Below, piece by piece: positions 1 to 10,250 of a stretch of DNA of 64,000 nt. Location of the stretch: positions 1 to 64,000 of the forward strand of contig JBDHHQ010000006.1 of assembly GCA_039589315.1 (NCBI GenBank), given 5' to 3'. The notes under the pieces were generated by a model that did not search any database, had not been told where the DNA came from, and saw nothing but the letters and a program-made list of their open reading frames with translations. This stretch comes from Gemmatimonadota bacterium. Its GTDB lineage: Bacteria; Gemmatimonadota; Gemmatimonadetes; Longimicrobiales; Gaopeijiaceae. Positions within the stretch are counted from its first letter, which is position 1. The number at the start of each line of letters is the position of its first letter. A program made the translations under genes and the position numbers.

Positions 1-1822
1 CATCACGATCCAGCACTGGTACAGCGTCGGTGGCGGTGAGAGCGGCCACATCGCCGTCGATCCGCGGAACCCCGACATCATCTACGCGGGGAGCTACGGG
101 GGCACCCTGACGCGAAGGGATCGCGCCGCCCAGCAGACCCGGAACATCTCGATCTACCCCGAGCTGGCGGGGGGGCAAGCGGCTCGGGACCTGAGGTACC
201 GGCTCCAGTGGAACTTCCCGGTCCGGATCTCGCCTCACGATCCGGACGTGGTCTACGTCACCTCACAGCACGTCCACCGCTCCCGCGACGGCGGGCAGAG
301 CTGGGAGGTCATCAGCGGGCAGAGCTGGGAGGTCATCAGCCCGGACCTGACGCATGACGACCCCCTCGTGCAGGACTATTCCGGTGGCCCGGTAAGCCGG
401 GACAACACCGGCGTCGAGGTCTTCGGCACCGTGTTCGCCTTCGAGGAGTCGCCACACCAGCCCGGGCTCTTCTGGGCCGGGAGCGACGACGGCCGGGTCC
501 ACGTGTCCAGGGACGGCGGCGCTACGTGGACCGACATCACCCCACCGGACCTCGAGCGCTTCACCACCGTCAACATGATCGACCTCTCCGCTCACGACCC
601 GGGCCGGGCCCACGTCGCGGCGCACCGATACCGGCTGGACGACTTCACGCCCATGATCTGGCGCACCGACGACTACGGCCAGAGCTGGGAGCGCATCGCC
701 GACGGCACGCGGGGCATACCCTCCGATCACTTCACCCGGGTGGCGCGGGAGGATCCGGACCGGCGCGGGCTCCTCTACGCCGGGACCGAGTTCGGGATGT
801 ACGTCTCGTTCGACGACGGTGAGCGCTGGCAGCCGTTCCAATTGAACCTGCCGATCACGCCCGTCACGGATCTGGCCGTCCACCAGCAGGACCTGGTCGT
901 GGCCACCCAGGGGCGCTCCTTCTGGATTCTCGACGACCTGACTCCCCTCCATCAGTTGCACGCGGACGTCTTGGCGGCGGCCGTACACTTGTTCGCGCCG
1001 CGAGCAGCGTACCGCTGGCTGGAGGAGGGACGGGGGCGGGGCGGCAACACGAACACCTTCCGGGACGACTACGGCGGGGCCGCGGTCGATTGGGAGCGCG
1101 TGGGGGAGGACGCACCGATGGGGCTGCAGGTCTTCTACACGCTCACGAGCCCCCCGGGCGACATTCGCCTCGAGTTCCTGGAGACCGATGGAAGCCCGAT
1201 CCGAGCCTTCACCGGAACGGACGTACCGGCCGAGCTCGGGATGAACCGGTTCGCGTGGGACCTTCGCTACCCCGACGCCGAGATCGACGGGGAGCTGTTC
1301 CGCGGGACCTCGTCCGGGCCCAAGGCCGTGCCGGGTGAGTACACGGTCAGGCTCGTGGTGGACGGTCAGTCACAGTCCCGAACCTTCCGTATCCTGAAGG
1401 ATCCGCGGATCCCGGCGACGCAGGCCGACCTGGTGGCCCAGTTCGACATGCTCCTCGAGATCCGCGACGCCATCGAAGACGCCTATGGTGCCATCGGGGA
1501 GATCCGCAACGTGAACGCGGAGCTCGCGTCAGGGGGAGACACCGGGCTGTCGGACCAGCAGCTCGAGGCCCTGAGCGAGATCGAGCAGGCCCTGATCCAG
1601 GACCGGATCGAGTACCGCGAAGACGTCTGGAACTTCCCGTCGAAGCTGCGGCACCAGATCGCCTACCTGGCTTCGGTGGTCGCGAGCACGGATGCGGGAC
1701 CGACCGATGCCGCAGTGGAGCGTGGGGGAGAGCTCAGAGCCGAGTTGGACGCCCTCATCGCGCGGCTGGAAGAGATGCTGAACCGACCCATCGTGAGTGA
1801 GGATGATCCTATCCAGGAGTGA
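1..1822 (+). CDS. Vps10/BNR-repeat beta-propeller protein (putative glycosyl hydrolase), 5' partial
   Basis: Frame is open from base 2 (ITIQHWYSVGGGESGHIAVDPRNP...). Repeated Asp-box motifs (SRDGGxSW, SRDGGATW, TDDYGQSW, SFDDGERW). Paralogous to the genes at 20700 and 32293. Confidence 0.85.
   Translation, partial: ITIQHWYSVGGGESGHIAVDPRNPDIIYAGSYGGTLTRRDRAAQQTRNISIYPELAGGQAARDLRYRLQWNFPVRISPHDPDVVYVTSQHVHRSRDGGQSWEVISGQSWEVISPDLTHDDPLVQDYSGGPVSRDNTGVEVFGTVFAFEESPHQPGLFWAGSDDGRVHVSRDGGATWTDITPPDLERFTTVNMIDLSAHDPGRAHVAAHRYRLDDFTPMIWRTDDYGQSWERIADGTRGIPSDHFTRVAREDPDRRGLLYAGTEFGMYVSFDDGERWQPFQLNLPITPVTDLAVHQQDLVVATQGRSFWILDDLTPLHQLHADVLAAAVHLFAPRAAYRWLEEGRGRGGNTNTFRDDYGGAAVDWERVGEDAPMGLQVFYTLTSPPGDIRLEFLETDGSPIRAFTGTDVPAELGMNRFAWDLRYPDAEIDGELFRGTSSGPKAVPGEYTVRLVVDGQSQSRTFRILKDPRIPATQADLVAQFDMLLEIRDAIEDAYGAIGEIRNVNAELASGGDTGLSDQQLEALSEIEQALIQDRIEYREDVWNFPSKLRHQIAYLASVVASTDAGPTDAAVERGGELRAELDALIARLEEMLNRPIVSEDDPIQE
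291..340 (+). repeat. Exact 24-bp tandem duplication inside the CDS (GQSWEVIS x2)
   Basis: gcgggcagagctgggaggtcatca at 291-314 and again at 315-338, plus gc. In frame. Confidence 0.95.
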
Positions 1823-2516
1823 CGTCGAGTCGGGGTTCTGGCGATACAGGCCGGAGGACGGCTTCCCGCCGGGGCCCATCCGGTACGTCCAGTCCTACGA
1901 CGGCAACACCCGCTTGAACGTCAGTTGCACGCAGACGGAGCTGTCCCACTACGAGCAGAAGAAGCTGGTCGGGGAATGGTCCGAGTTTCTGCCCACGCTG
2001 ACCGAGGTCCGGTTTCTCTGGTTCTCCTCTCGGGTGAGCCAACCACTGTTCGACGCCGCCTGCTCGATCCCGAATCTCACGGGGCTGTACGTGAAGTGGA
2101 GCGGGATCAAGGGCTTGGAAGCACTGCAGCACCTGTCGGGGCTTCGCTACCTGCACCTGGGAAGCTCGTCCCAGGTCGAGAGCGTCGAATGTCTCTCCTC
2201 CATGAGCAGCCTGAAGGTCCTCGAGCTCGAGAACCTCAGGCGGATCCAGCGGCTCGATCCCCTGGCCCAACTCTCGGGTCTCGAGGGACTGGCGCTGTGG
2301 GGGGCTGACAAGCCGTGGAAGGTCGAGACGTTGACACCTCTCGGTGGTCTGCAAGGCCTGCGCTACCTGTTCCTCAACGGTCTCAGGCCTGCCGACACGT
2401 CGTTGGAGCCTCTGAGGCAGCTGGGGAATCTGGAGAACCTGAAGCTCGGACGATGGTGGCCCGAGGATAAGGTGATCGAGCTGCAGACCACGAACCTGGG
2501 ACTGAGGATTTCGTAG
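1803..2516 (+). CDS. Leucine-rich repeat protein
   Basis: Repeated LxxLxxLxxLxL units (LQHLSGLRYLHLG, LSSMSSLKVLELE, LAQLSGLEGLALW, LGGLQGLRYLFLN). ATG at 1803 overlaps the end of the upstream gene. Confidence 0.8.
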   Translation: MILSRSDVESGFWRYRPEDGFPPGPIRYVQSYDGNTRLNVSCTQTELSHYEQKKLVGEWSEFLPTLTEVRFLWFSSRVSQPLFDAACSIPNLTGLYVKWSGIKGLEALQHLSGLRYLHLGSSSQVESVECLSSMSSLKVLELENLRRIQRLDPLAQLSGLEGLALWGADKPWKVETLTPLGGLQGLRYLFLNGLRPADTSLEPLRQLGNLENLKLGRWWPEDKVIELQTTNLGLRIS

Positions 2517-2697
2517 AGCGGCGCCGCACCGCGCTCCTGCAGTGCCTCCGCCAGGCTCCGGAAGCCCTGGCGCCCACGCTCATCTCCGAGCCACGGGGTC
2601 CGGCCCCGCTGCTGTGGGTCGCGGAGATCCCGACCTGACCGGGACCCAGTCCTCGCGACAGACTGGCGCCCGGACACCCACGGAAGCACAGTGGGGG

Positions 2698-4143
2698 ATG
2701 CCACACGAGCCCGAGATCGGGGCGCCCCGGGAGCCGACGCTCTTCGAGGCTGTCGTGACCCTGGTCCTCGTCTTCGCCGTCGTCCTGGTCGGCATTCGCC
2801 TGCAGGGCGGGCTCACCCGCTCTCCGCTCCCCCTGTTGCTGGCCCTGGGGGTGGTGAGTGTCGTCGGGCTGCGTCTCCACGCACCCTGGAGCACGATCCA
2901 GCAGGGCCTCGTGAACGGCATCGCGCGCGTCGGCATCGCCGTGTTCGTCGTTCTCCTGGTGGGGGCCCTCGTGGGGGTCTGGATCCAGGCCGGCATCATC
3001 CCGAGCCTGGTGTACTACGGCCTGCGCCTCGTCACCCCGGGCGCGTTTCTGGCCACGGCCTTCCTGGCCTGCGCAGTGATGTCCACGGTCACCGGCACAT
3101 CCTACGGCACCATGGGCACCGTGGGTGTCGCCCTGATGGGGATCGCAGCGGGGTTGGAGGTGTCCCTTCCCATAGCCGCCGGGGCCGTGATCAGCGGGGC
3201 ATTCTTCGGCGACAAGATGTCCCCCCTGTCCGAGACGACGAATATCGCCGCGGCCATGGGCGCGGTGGATCTGTTCGCTCACATCCGCTCGATGCTCTTC
3301 ACGACCGTCCCGGCCGCGGTCATTACCCTGGGACTGTTCCTACTCGTGCGGGGAGCGGCTCCACCCACGGGAGCAGAGGGTGTCGAGGCGCTGCGGATCA
3401 GCCTCGAGGCTGCCTGGGACGTCCACTGGCTCCACCTCCTGCCCATCCTGCTGGTCCTGGCCATGACCCGGCGCAGGACACCCGCGCTCGTGGCGCTCTG
3501 CTTGAGCGTGCTTCTCGGCGCGGTGTGGGCGCTCCTCTTCCAGGGCGCCAGCCCAGCGACCATCGTGGACGCTGCGGTCGACGGATTCGGCGCCGGAACG
3601 GGCGTGGAGAGCATCGACAGCCTCTTCGGTCGCGGCGGCATGGCCGCCATGGCCCCCGTGGCCATGATCATCATCGCTGCGGGCGCGTTGGGTGGAGGCC
3701 TCGGAGCCATCGGCGTGTTGGAGCGGGCTCTGACGGCACCGCTGAGTCGCGTGCGCTCTCCGGGAACGCTGGTCGTGAGCGTGCTGGTATCGTGCTACGG
3801 CATTCTCGTCTTCACCGGCAGCACGACTCTTTCGCTGGTGCTCCCCGGACAGGTCTTCCTGCCGGCGTTCCGGGCCAACGGCGTGGACGCTCGCGTCATG
3901 ACACGGACGCTGGAGGACGGAGGCACCTTGGCGAGCCCGCTCGTGCCTTGGACGGGCGCGGCCCTGGTGGCCACGCAGATGCTGGGCGTGCCGACGCTGA
4001 GCTACCTACCCTACGTCTGGTTCGTCCTCCTGGTGCCGGTATTCTCGGTGCTCTTCGGCTACACGGGAATCGGGGTGTGGCGCACGGAGGCTCACCTGGA
4101 CGAAGGGCCTCGAGCCGCCCGGGCGTCGCTTCGGAGCTGGTAG
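2698..4143 (+). CDS. nhaC: Na+/H+ antiporter NhaC family transporter
   Basis: Multi-TM protein with NhaC-family motifs TGTSYGTMGTVG, GAVISGAFFGDKMSPLSETTN and RTLEDGGT..PLVPW. Start moved to ATG 2698. Confidence 0.85.
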   Translation: MPHEPEIGAPREPTLFEAVVTLVLVFAVVLVGIRLQGGLTRSPLPLLLALGVVSVVGLRLHAPWSTIQQGLVNGIARVGIAVFVVLLVGALVGVWIQAGIIPSLVYYGLRLVTPGAFLATAFLACAVMSTVTGTSYGTMGTVGVALMGIAAGLEVSLPIAAGAVISGAFFGDKMSPLSETTNIAAAMGAVDLFAHIRSMLFTTVPAAVITLGLFLLVRGAAPPTGAEGVEALRISLEAAWDVHWLHLLPILLVLAMTRRRTPALVALCLSVLLGAVWALLFQGASPATIVDAAVDGFGAGTGVESIDSLFGRGGMAAMAPVAMIIIAAGALGGGLGAIGVLERALTAPLSRVRSPGTLVVSVLVSCYGILVFTGSTTLSLVLPGQVFLPAFRANGVDARVMTRTLEDGGTLASPLVPWTGAALVATQMLGVPTLSYLPYVWFVLLVPVFSVLFGYTGIGVWRTEAHLDEGPRAARASLRSW

Positions 4144-4466
4144 TCCCACCGCGATCCACGTCGAATAGGGGCCCGCACGGCCCCGTCGACTACCCGAGCC
4201 CTGACCGGGAGAGGGCCTCGGCTCACATGCCGACCAAGGAGATTCGATGACACCAGCGTTGCTGCTGCATTGATGTGGAAGACCTGGACTGAGCGCAGGT
4301 CTCCAAGCGGGGAGAAGCCGGAACGATCTAGGCGTCAGGCGTCGAGGTGGCAATCGCCACCTCGGGATGAAACGCCGGGGGACCGGCAGCTTGCTGGCCC
4401 GCGCCCCGCCGGCCCATGTTGTCTTTGTCGAATCCGGCAACCGCCGACTCCCCTGGAGACGCCTGC

Positions 4467-7457
4467 ATGGACCTCTCCCGACGGGATTTCCTGAGAATCT
4501 CCGGTCTGGCCGGAGGCTCAACGCTCGTGAGCTCTCTGGGCTTCGATCTGAAGCCCGCCTGGGCGGCGGCCCGTCAGCTCAAGATCTCGAACGCCCGGGA
4601 AGTCCGGACGGTCTGTCCCTACTGCGCCGTGGGTTGTGGCACGATCGCGTACGTGCACGGCAGCGGGGGGCTCAACACCACGCCCACGGTCATCCACGTC
4701 GAGGGGGACCCGGACAGCCCCATCAACGGAGGCACCCTGTGCCCCAAGGGGGCCTCCCAGATGCAGCTGGCCATCAGTCCGCGGCTGCAGAAGACACCCC
4801 TGTTCAGGGACGCCGGGTCCAGTGAGTGGCGCGAGGTGGATTGGGACTTCGCCATGGACTGGTTCGCTCGACGGTTCAAGGAATCCAGGGACCGCACGTT
4901 CGTGGAGCGGGACGACCAGGGACGGACCGTGAACCGGTGCGAGGGCGTCGCCTGGGTGGGAAGCGCCACCGTCGCCAACGAGGACGCCTACTTCATCACC
5001 AAGACCATGAGGGCCATGGGGTTGATGTACATCGACCACCAGGCCCGCATATGACACAGCCCCACGGTGGCCAGTTTGGCCGCCACGTTCGGCCGGGGCG
5101 CCATGACCAACCACTGGAAGGACATCAAGAACGCCGACGTGGTGCTGGTCATGGGCGCCAACCCCGCCGAGAATCACCCGTGCGGGTTCAAGTGGGCCCT
5201 GGAGGCCCGGGACGGCCGGGGCGCCGCCATCGTCACCGTCGACCCCCGCTTCACCCGCACGTCGGCCGTCGCTGACCGCCACTTACAGATTCGGCCGGGC
5301 GCCGACATCGCCATACTGGGCGGGTTCGTGCGCAAGATCCTGAACGACGGACTGTACCACGAGGAGTACGTCCGGCTCCACACCAACGCCTCCTTCATCG
5401 TCCGGGACGGCTTCGCGTTCGAGGAGGGGCTGTTCAGTGGCTTCGATCAGGCCGCCGGCGCCTACGACAAGACTACGTGGGACTACGAGCGCGGGCCCGA
5501 CGGCTACGTGCGGCGAGACGCGACCCTGCAGCACCCGCGGTCCGTCTTCCAGTTGTTGAAGCACCACTTCGACCGGTACACGCCCGACGTGGTGGCCTCC
5601 ATTGCAGGCTGCACCGCCCAGGACTTCGATGCCGTGGCCGACATCGTCTGCTCCACCGGGACCGCGGACCGGGTGGGCACGATCATGTACGCGGTCGGCT
5701 GGACCATGCACACCACAGGGGCGCAGATCATCCGGACGGGCGCCATCGTCCAGTTGCTCCTGGGCAACATCGGCCGGCCGGGTGGGGGCATCAACGCGCT
5801 CCGGGGTCACGCCAACGTCCAGGGCGCTACCGACCACGCCATCGTTGCGGGGATTCTGCCGGGCTATCTGCGGGTGCCACGGCCGCACCAGACGTCGCTG
5901 GCTGCCCATCTGGCCGAATCCACCCCCACGCCTCTCGTGCCGGACACCGTCAACTACTGGGGCAACTATCCGAAGTTCTTCGTCTCCCAAATGAAGGCGT
6001 GGTTCGGCAAGGACGCCACGGCGGCGAACGACTTCGGTTACCACTACCTGGCCAAGCCTCCCGGCGACGCCACCTGGCTTTCCATCTGGGACGAGGCTCA
6101 CCAGGGTCGGATGGAGGGCTTCATCGCCCTGGGCTTCAACCCGCTTCTGGCTGGCCCCGACGTACCCAGGCTCCTCCGGGCCATGTCCAGGCTACGCTGG
6201 AAGGTGGTCATCGACCCCTTCATGCTGGACAGCGCCGAGTTCTGGAAGGCGCCCGGGATGGACCCCGCCGAGATCGACACGGAGGTCCTCTACCTGCCGG
6301 CCGCGCATTGGATCGAGCGGGACGGGTCTTTCACGAATTCAGGACGCTGGGCTCAATGGAAGGAGAAGGCCATCGACCCGCCACCGGGGGTTCGCTCCGA
6401 CACCTGGATCCTGTCCGAGCTCTTCCGGCGCGTGAAGGCGCTCTACGAGGCCGAGGGCGGCGCCTACCACGATCCGATCCGGAACCTGCGCTGGGACTAC
6501 CTCGACCCCAGGGAGCCCACCCTCACCGAGCTGGCACACGAGATCAACGGCTACGACCTGGACACTGGACAGCGCCTGTCGTCCTTCGGTCAACTCCAGG
6601 CCGACGGCAGCACGTCATCTGGCAACTGGCTCTACTGCGGCAGCTTCCCCGACGAGGGCAACCTCATGGCTCGCCGCGATCCGGCCGACCCGGCCGGGCT
6701 GGGCTTCCACCACGAGTGGGCGTTCTCGTGGCCCCTGAACCGTAGGGTCCTGTACAACCGGGCTTCGGCCGACGCCGACGGCGTGCCCTGGGACAGCACG
6801 CGGGCGGGCATCCGATGGAACGGGCGGGAGTGGATCGGCGACGTGCCGGACTACGGACCGACCACGCCACCCGATCGGGCAGGGGCGTTCATCATGACGG
6901 AAGAGGGCGTGGCCCGGCTGTTCTCGAGCCATCTGGCCGAGGGCCCGTTCCCCGAGCACTACGAGCCAGCCGAGAGTCCGAGCCCCAACATCCTCCACGA
7001 AGCCGTGGCCGTGAACCCGGCGGTGAATTGGTACGACGGCGTGCAGGAGACGTTGGCCGAATCGAGCGAGGAGTACCCCTACGCTTGCACGGTGTACCGG
7101 GTCGTCGAGCGGGAGCACTTCGTGACGTCCCACGTGCCGTACCTGGTGGAGGCCATGCCGGACTTCTTCGTGGAGGTGCCGGAAGGACTGGCGCGGGAGA
7201 AGGGCATCGAGAATGGGCGCAGGGTGCGGGTCCGGTCCAAGCGCGGTGAGGTGGAGGGAGTGGCGGTCGTCACCCGTCGCATCCAGCCGCTCACGGTCAA
7301 CGGCCAGACCTGCTGGACCGTTGGCATTCCGGTGCACTGGGGGTTCGTGGGGATCACTCAGGGCTCCATGGCCAACCTGCTCACCCCCTTCGTGGGCGAC
7401 GCCAACACCCGTTGTCCCGAGTTCAAGGCCTTCCTCGTGGACGTGGAGCGGGCATAG
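4467..7457 (+). CDS. fdnG: Formate dehydrogenase-N alpha subunit, selenocysteine-containing (UGA 5052-5054 = Sec), Tat-exported
   Basis: ORFs 4416-5054 and 5067-7457 are one frame separated by a single TGA, giving [28 protein letters not shown] (FdnG active-site motif). Tat signal SRRDFL, FS0 motif CPYCAVGC...CPKG, ALRGHANVQG. GGAG RBS upstream of ATG 4467. Confidence 0.95.
5055..5088 (+). promoter_or_regulatory. Bacterial SECIS element
   Basis: Stem GGTGGCCA (5066-5073) / TGGCCGCC (5077-5084) with a G-initiated GTT loop, starting 11 nt after the UGA. Confidence 0.85.
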
Positions 7458-8377
7458 TGGAGAGCCAGGCCCGGAGCAGCGGCGCTCTATCGGTCAAGCG
7501 CATCTCGGCGTCTCCGGACCCGGCGCCCGGGATCCGCGAAGGTCCCGAGTTCGCCAAGCTCGTGGACATCTCCCGCTGCATCGGCTGCAAGGGCTGCGAG
7601 GTGGCCTGTAAGGAGTGGAACGAGCTCAAAGCAGAGCCCACCTACAACTTCGGATCGTATCAGAGCCACCTGGACCTGACGCCCGACACCTGGTTGCTCA
7701 TGCGGTTCCATGAGACCGACGTGGACGGGACGCTCCAGTGGCTGATCACGAAGGACGCCTGTCTCCACTGCGAGGAGCCCGGTTGCCTGTACGCCTGCCC
7801 CGCGCCCGGGGCCATCGTCCAGTACGACAACGGCATCGTCGACTTCAACCAGGAGCACTGCATCGGCTGCCAGTACTGCGTATCCGGCTGCCCCTTCGAC
7901 ATCCCACGCTTCAACTCGGCCACCCGCAAGGTCTACAAGTGCAACATGTGCATTGACCGGGTGGAAGCGGGGCTGGAGCCCGCGTGCGTGAAGACGTGCC
8001 CGACCAACGCCATCGCCTGGGGCAGCAAGGAAGACATGAAGACGCTGGCCGAGAACAAGGTCGCGGCGCTGAGAGAGCGGGGCTACGCCCAGGCGACGGT
8101 CTACGATCCGCCCGGCGTGGGTGGCACGCACATGTTCTACGTCGTGCCGCATGGCGACCGCCTCGAAGAGTACGGATTGCCCTCGGACCCCACCGCGAGC
8201 CCCGGGGCGTTGAGCGCCCTGGCCGGTCTCAAGAAGCTCGGTGCGGCAGTCATGGGCGTCGGGTTGGTGGCCGCGGCGCTCCACTATCTCCGGTATGGCC
8301 CCGAGGTGCCGGAGGAGGGTGGGGAGGCGGAGGCCGTCGAGGCGGGGGCGGCGGCGCGCGGTGAGCCCGGGCCGTGA
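7457..8377 (+). CDS. fdnH: Formate dehydrogenase-N beta (iron-sulfur) subunit
   Basis: Four Cys groups (CIGCKGCEVAC, CLHCEEPGCLYACP, CIGCQYCVSGCP, CNMC...CVKTCP) and a C-terminal TM helix. GTG start overlaps the fdnG stop. Confidence 0.93.
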   Translation: MESQARSSGALSVKRISASPDPAPGIREGPEFAKLVDISRCIGCKGCEVACKEWNELKAEPTYNFGSYQSHLDLTPDTWLLMRFHETDVDGTLQWLITKDACLHCEEPGCLYACPAPGAIVQYDNGIVDFNQEHCIGCQYCVSGCPFDIPRFNSATRKVYKCNMCIDRVEAGLEPACVKTCPTNAIAWGSKEDMKTLAENKVAALRERGYAQATVYDPPGVGGTHMFYVVPHGDRLEEYGLPSDPTASPGALSALAGLKKLGAAVMGVGLVAAALHYLRYGPEVPEEGGEAEAVEAGAAARGEPGP

Positions 8378-9150
8378 ACGTGCCCCGCAGCGAGAACGAC
8401 GGCGCTGGCCGGACGAGGAGACCAGCGGGCGGTTCATCCGGGGAGCGGAGCGGTACGCGCGCCGCCGGGCCGGCCCGCCCCGGGAATGCGGTGGACGAAG
8501 GGGCCAGGGCTGGAAACCCGTCCGGGCGCGTCAGCTTGCGGCGCTTCACCTACCCCGAGCGGATCGTCCACTGGCTGGTGGGCCTCACGTTCGTGTACCT
8601 GCTGTTGACCGGGTTGGCCTTCTCTCATCCACGCCTGTTCTGGATGACGCTGCTGAGCGGCGGCGGCCCGGCGGCCCGCATCCTCCATCCCTGGGTGGGT
8701 CTGCTGTTCAGCGGCTCCCTGGGGGCCATGTTCTTCATCTGGGCCCGGGACATGGGCGTCGGGCCGGAGGACCGGGCGTGGCTCCGGTCCGTCCGGGCGT
8801 ACGCCACCCGTCACCGGGACGGCGTGCCGCCGGCCGGCAAGTACAACGGGGGCCAGAAGCTCTTCTTCTGGGGAATGACCGGGCTGGGCCTGATCCACCT
8901 GCTCAGTGGGATACCGCTGTGGTTGCCCGACGGCGTGGTGGGGACCGGCGCGTTCGGGGCAGGCACCGTGAACGGAATGCGCCTGGTCCACTACCTCACC
9001 ACCGTGGCGGGCGCACTCCTTCTCATCGTCCACGTCTACCTCGGCACCGTGGCCTATCCCGGCACCCTGGGTGCGATGCTCCACGGTCACGTGAGTCGAG
9101 CGTGGGCCCGCCTGCACCACCCTCTGTGGAAGCCAGACGAGGGCAACTGA
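8374..9150 (+). CDS. fdnI: Formate dehydrogenase gamma subunit (cytochrome b556)
   Basis: Four TM helices with His ligands (ERIVHW, RILHPW, RLVHY, IVHVY), GKYNGGQKLFFW and WARLHHPLW motifs. GTGA overlap with fdnH. Confidence 0.92.
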   Translation: MNVPRSENDGAGRTRRPAGGSSGERSGTRAAGPARPGNAVDEGARAGNPSGRVSLRRFTYPERIVHWLVGLTFVYLLLTGLAFSHPRLFWMTLLSGGGPAARILHPWVGLLFSGSLGAMFFIWARDMGVGPEDRAWLRSVRAYATRHRDGVPPAGKYNGGQKLFFWGMTGLGLIHLLSGIPLWLPDGVVGTGAFGAGTVNGMRLVHYLTTVAGALLLIVHVYLGTVAYPGTLGAMLHGHVSRAWARLHHPLWKPDEGN

Positions 9151-9240
9151 GGCGCGTGTTTCGCAGCCATCCGTCGCCCTCGGTGGATGCGGTGCGGCCG
9201 CATTCGGTCGCCGGACCGTGCCGTGCGGAGAGGGGACTCC

Positions 9241-10122
9241 GTGTCGGTCTGGCGTGATCGGCGGGGAAGGGCAGTCACGCTCATGGCGCGACACCCGCAC
9301 GCCGAGGAGATCCTCGGGTTCTACGTGGCGGTCCTCGAGGCTCAGGAGCCGGTTTGGCGGTGGGCGGGCAGTGCCTTGCGCGCCGCACCGCCGCCTGCCT
9401 CACCGCGACTCGCCGTCGAAGCACTGGATCCCGTCGTCCTCCAGGCCAGGTTCCGGGAGCTCCTCGGCCCTCTGGTCGTCGTCGCGCCTCCGTCTCTCTC
9501 GGAGGTCGGAGCGGGTCTGCTCGAGCAGCCTGCCCGGGCCCTCGCCGAGTCTGTGGCGGTGGCACTGGGCTCCGAAGCCGAGGCGGCTGACGGCGTCGCC
9601 GGACAGGCCCTCCTGTTCTTTGGGTCTGCCTTTCTGGAGCCCATCGTCATGGCGGCTCGTGGCGAGCCGGGGACCGCTTCGGCGGCTGGAAGCGCCGCGA
9701 CCGCCGGGCGCGCTGACTCCCGTGCGTCACACTCACCACCCGCGGGTGGCACCGACGGGACAACCACGTGCCGCTTCTGCGGTCGGGCGCCCCTCGTCGC
9801 CGTCCTCCTGGATGATGCGCAGACGAAGGGGGGGCGATTGGCCGTGTGCGGGTTCTGCACGGAGCGGTGGACGATGCGACGGGCCGTCTGCCTCGCGTGC
9901 GGCGAAAGCGATACGGCGCGACTCCTGCATCACGTGAGCGAGTCGTTCCCCCAGGTGCGGGTGGAGGAGTGCGGGTCCTGCAGGACCTATCACAAGACCA
10001 TCGACCTGCGCGTGGAGGGTCGCGCCGTTCCCGTCGTGGACGAGCTCGCGTCGGTGGAGCTGGATCTGTGGGCGCAGGAGCGCGGGCTGGAGAAGCTCAC
10101 GCCGAATCTGCTCGGGCTGTGA
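9241..10122 (+). CDS. fdhE: Formate dehydrogenase accessory protein FdhE
   Basis: CxxC pairs (CRFC, CGFC, CLAC, CGSC), C-terminal VDELASVELD...PNLLGL, operon position. Start uncertain (GTG 9241 has a GAGGGG RBS). Confidence 0.88.
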   Translation: MSVWRDRRGRAVTLMARHPHAEEILGFYVAVLEAQEPVWRWAGSALRAAPPPASPRLAVEALDPVVLQARFRELLGPLVVVAPPSLSEVGAGLLEQPARALAESVAVALGSEAEAADGVAGQALLFFGSAFLEPIVMAARGEPGTASAAGSAATAGRADSRASHSPPAGGTDGTTTCRFCGRAPLVAVLLDDAQTKGGRLAVCGFCTERWTMRRAVCLACGESDTARLLHHVSESFPQVRVEECGSCRTYHKTIDLRVEGRAVPVVDELASVELDLWAQERGLEKLTPNLLGL

Positions 10123-10215
10123 CCGGGCCGATTCCCGGCGAGGGCATAGGTGCCGGTGGCGCCCTTCCTGGCGACCGCCATCTGGCCCGGTCCGACCGAC
10201 GTAGATAACTTTCTC

Positions 10216-10230
10216 TGAGACTTGTTCTCA
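10216..10230. promoter_or_regulatory. Putative Fur box upstream of feoA
   Basis: TGAGACTTGTTCTCA, a 7-1-7 inverted repeat two mismatches from TGAGAATnATTCTCA, in an AT-rich patch 20 bp before feoA. Confidence 0.65.
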
Positions 10231-10250
10231 ATCTCATACGGCTCGCACAG

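Noticed and set aside
4290..4466. Moco/Wco riboswitch upstream of fdnG
   Set aside because: The context fits, but I could not find the characteristic conserved motifs by eye. An Rfam covariance search would decide.
5052..5066. fdnG as a nonsense pseudogene or two genes
   Set aside because: The stop is UGA at the conserved Sec position with a SECIS, and the rest of the operon is intact.
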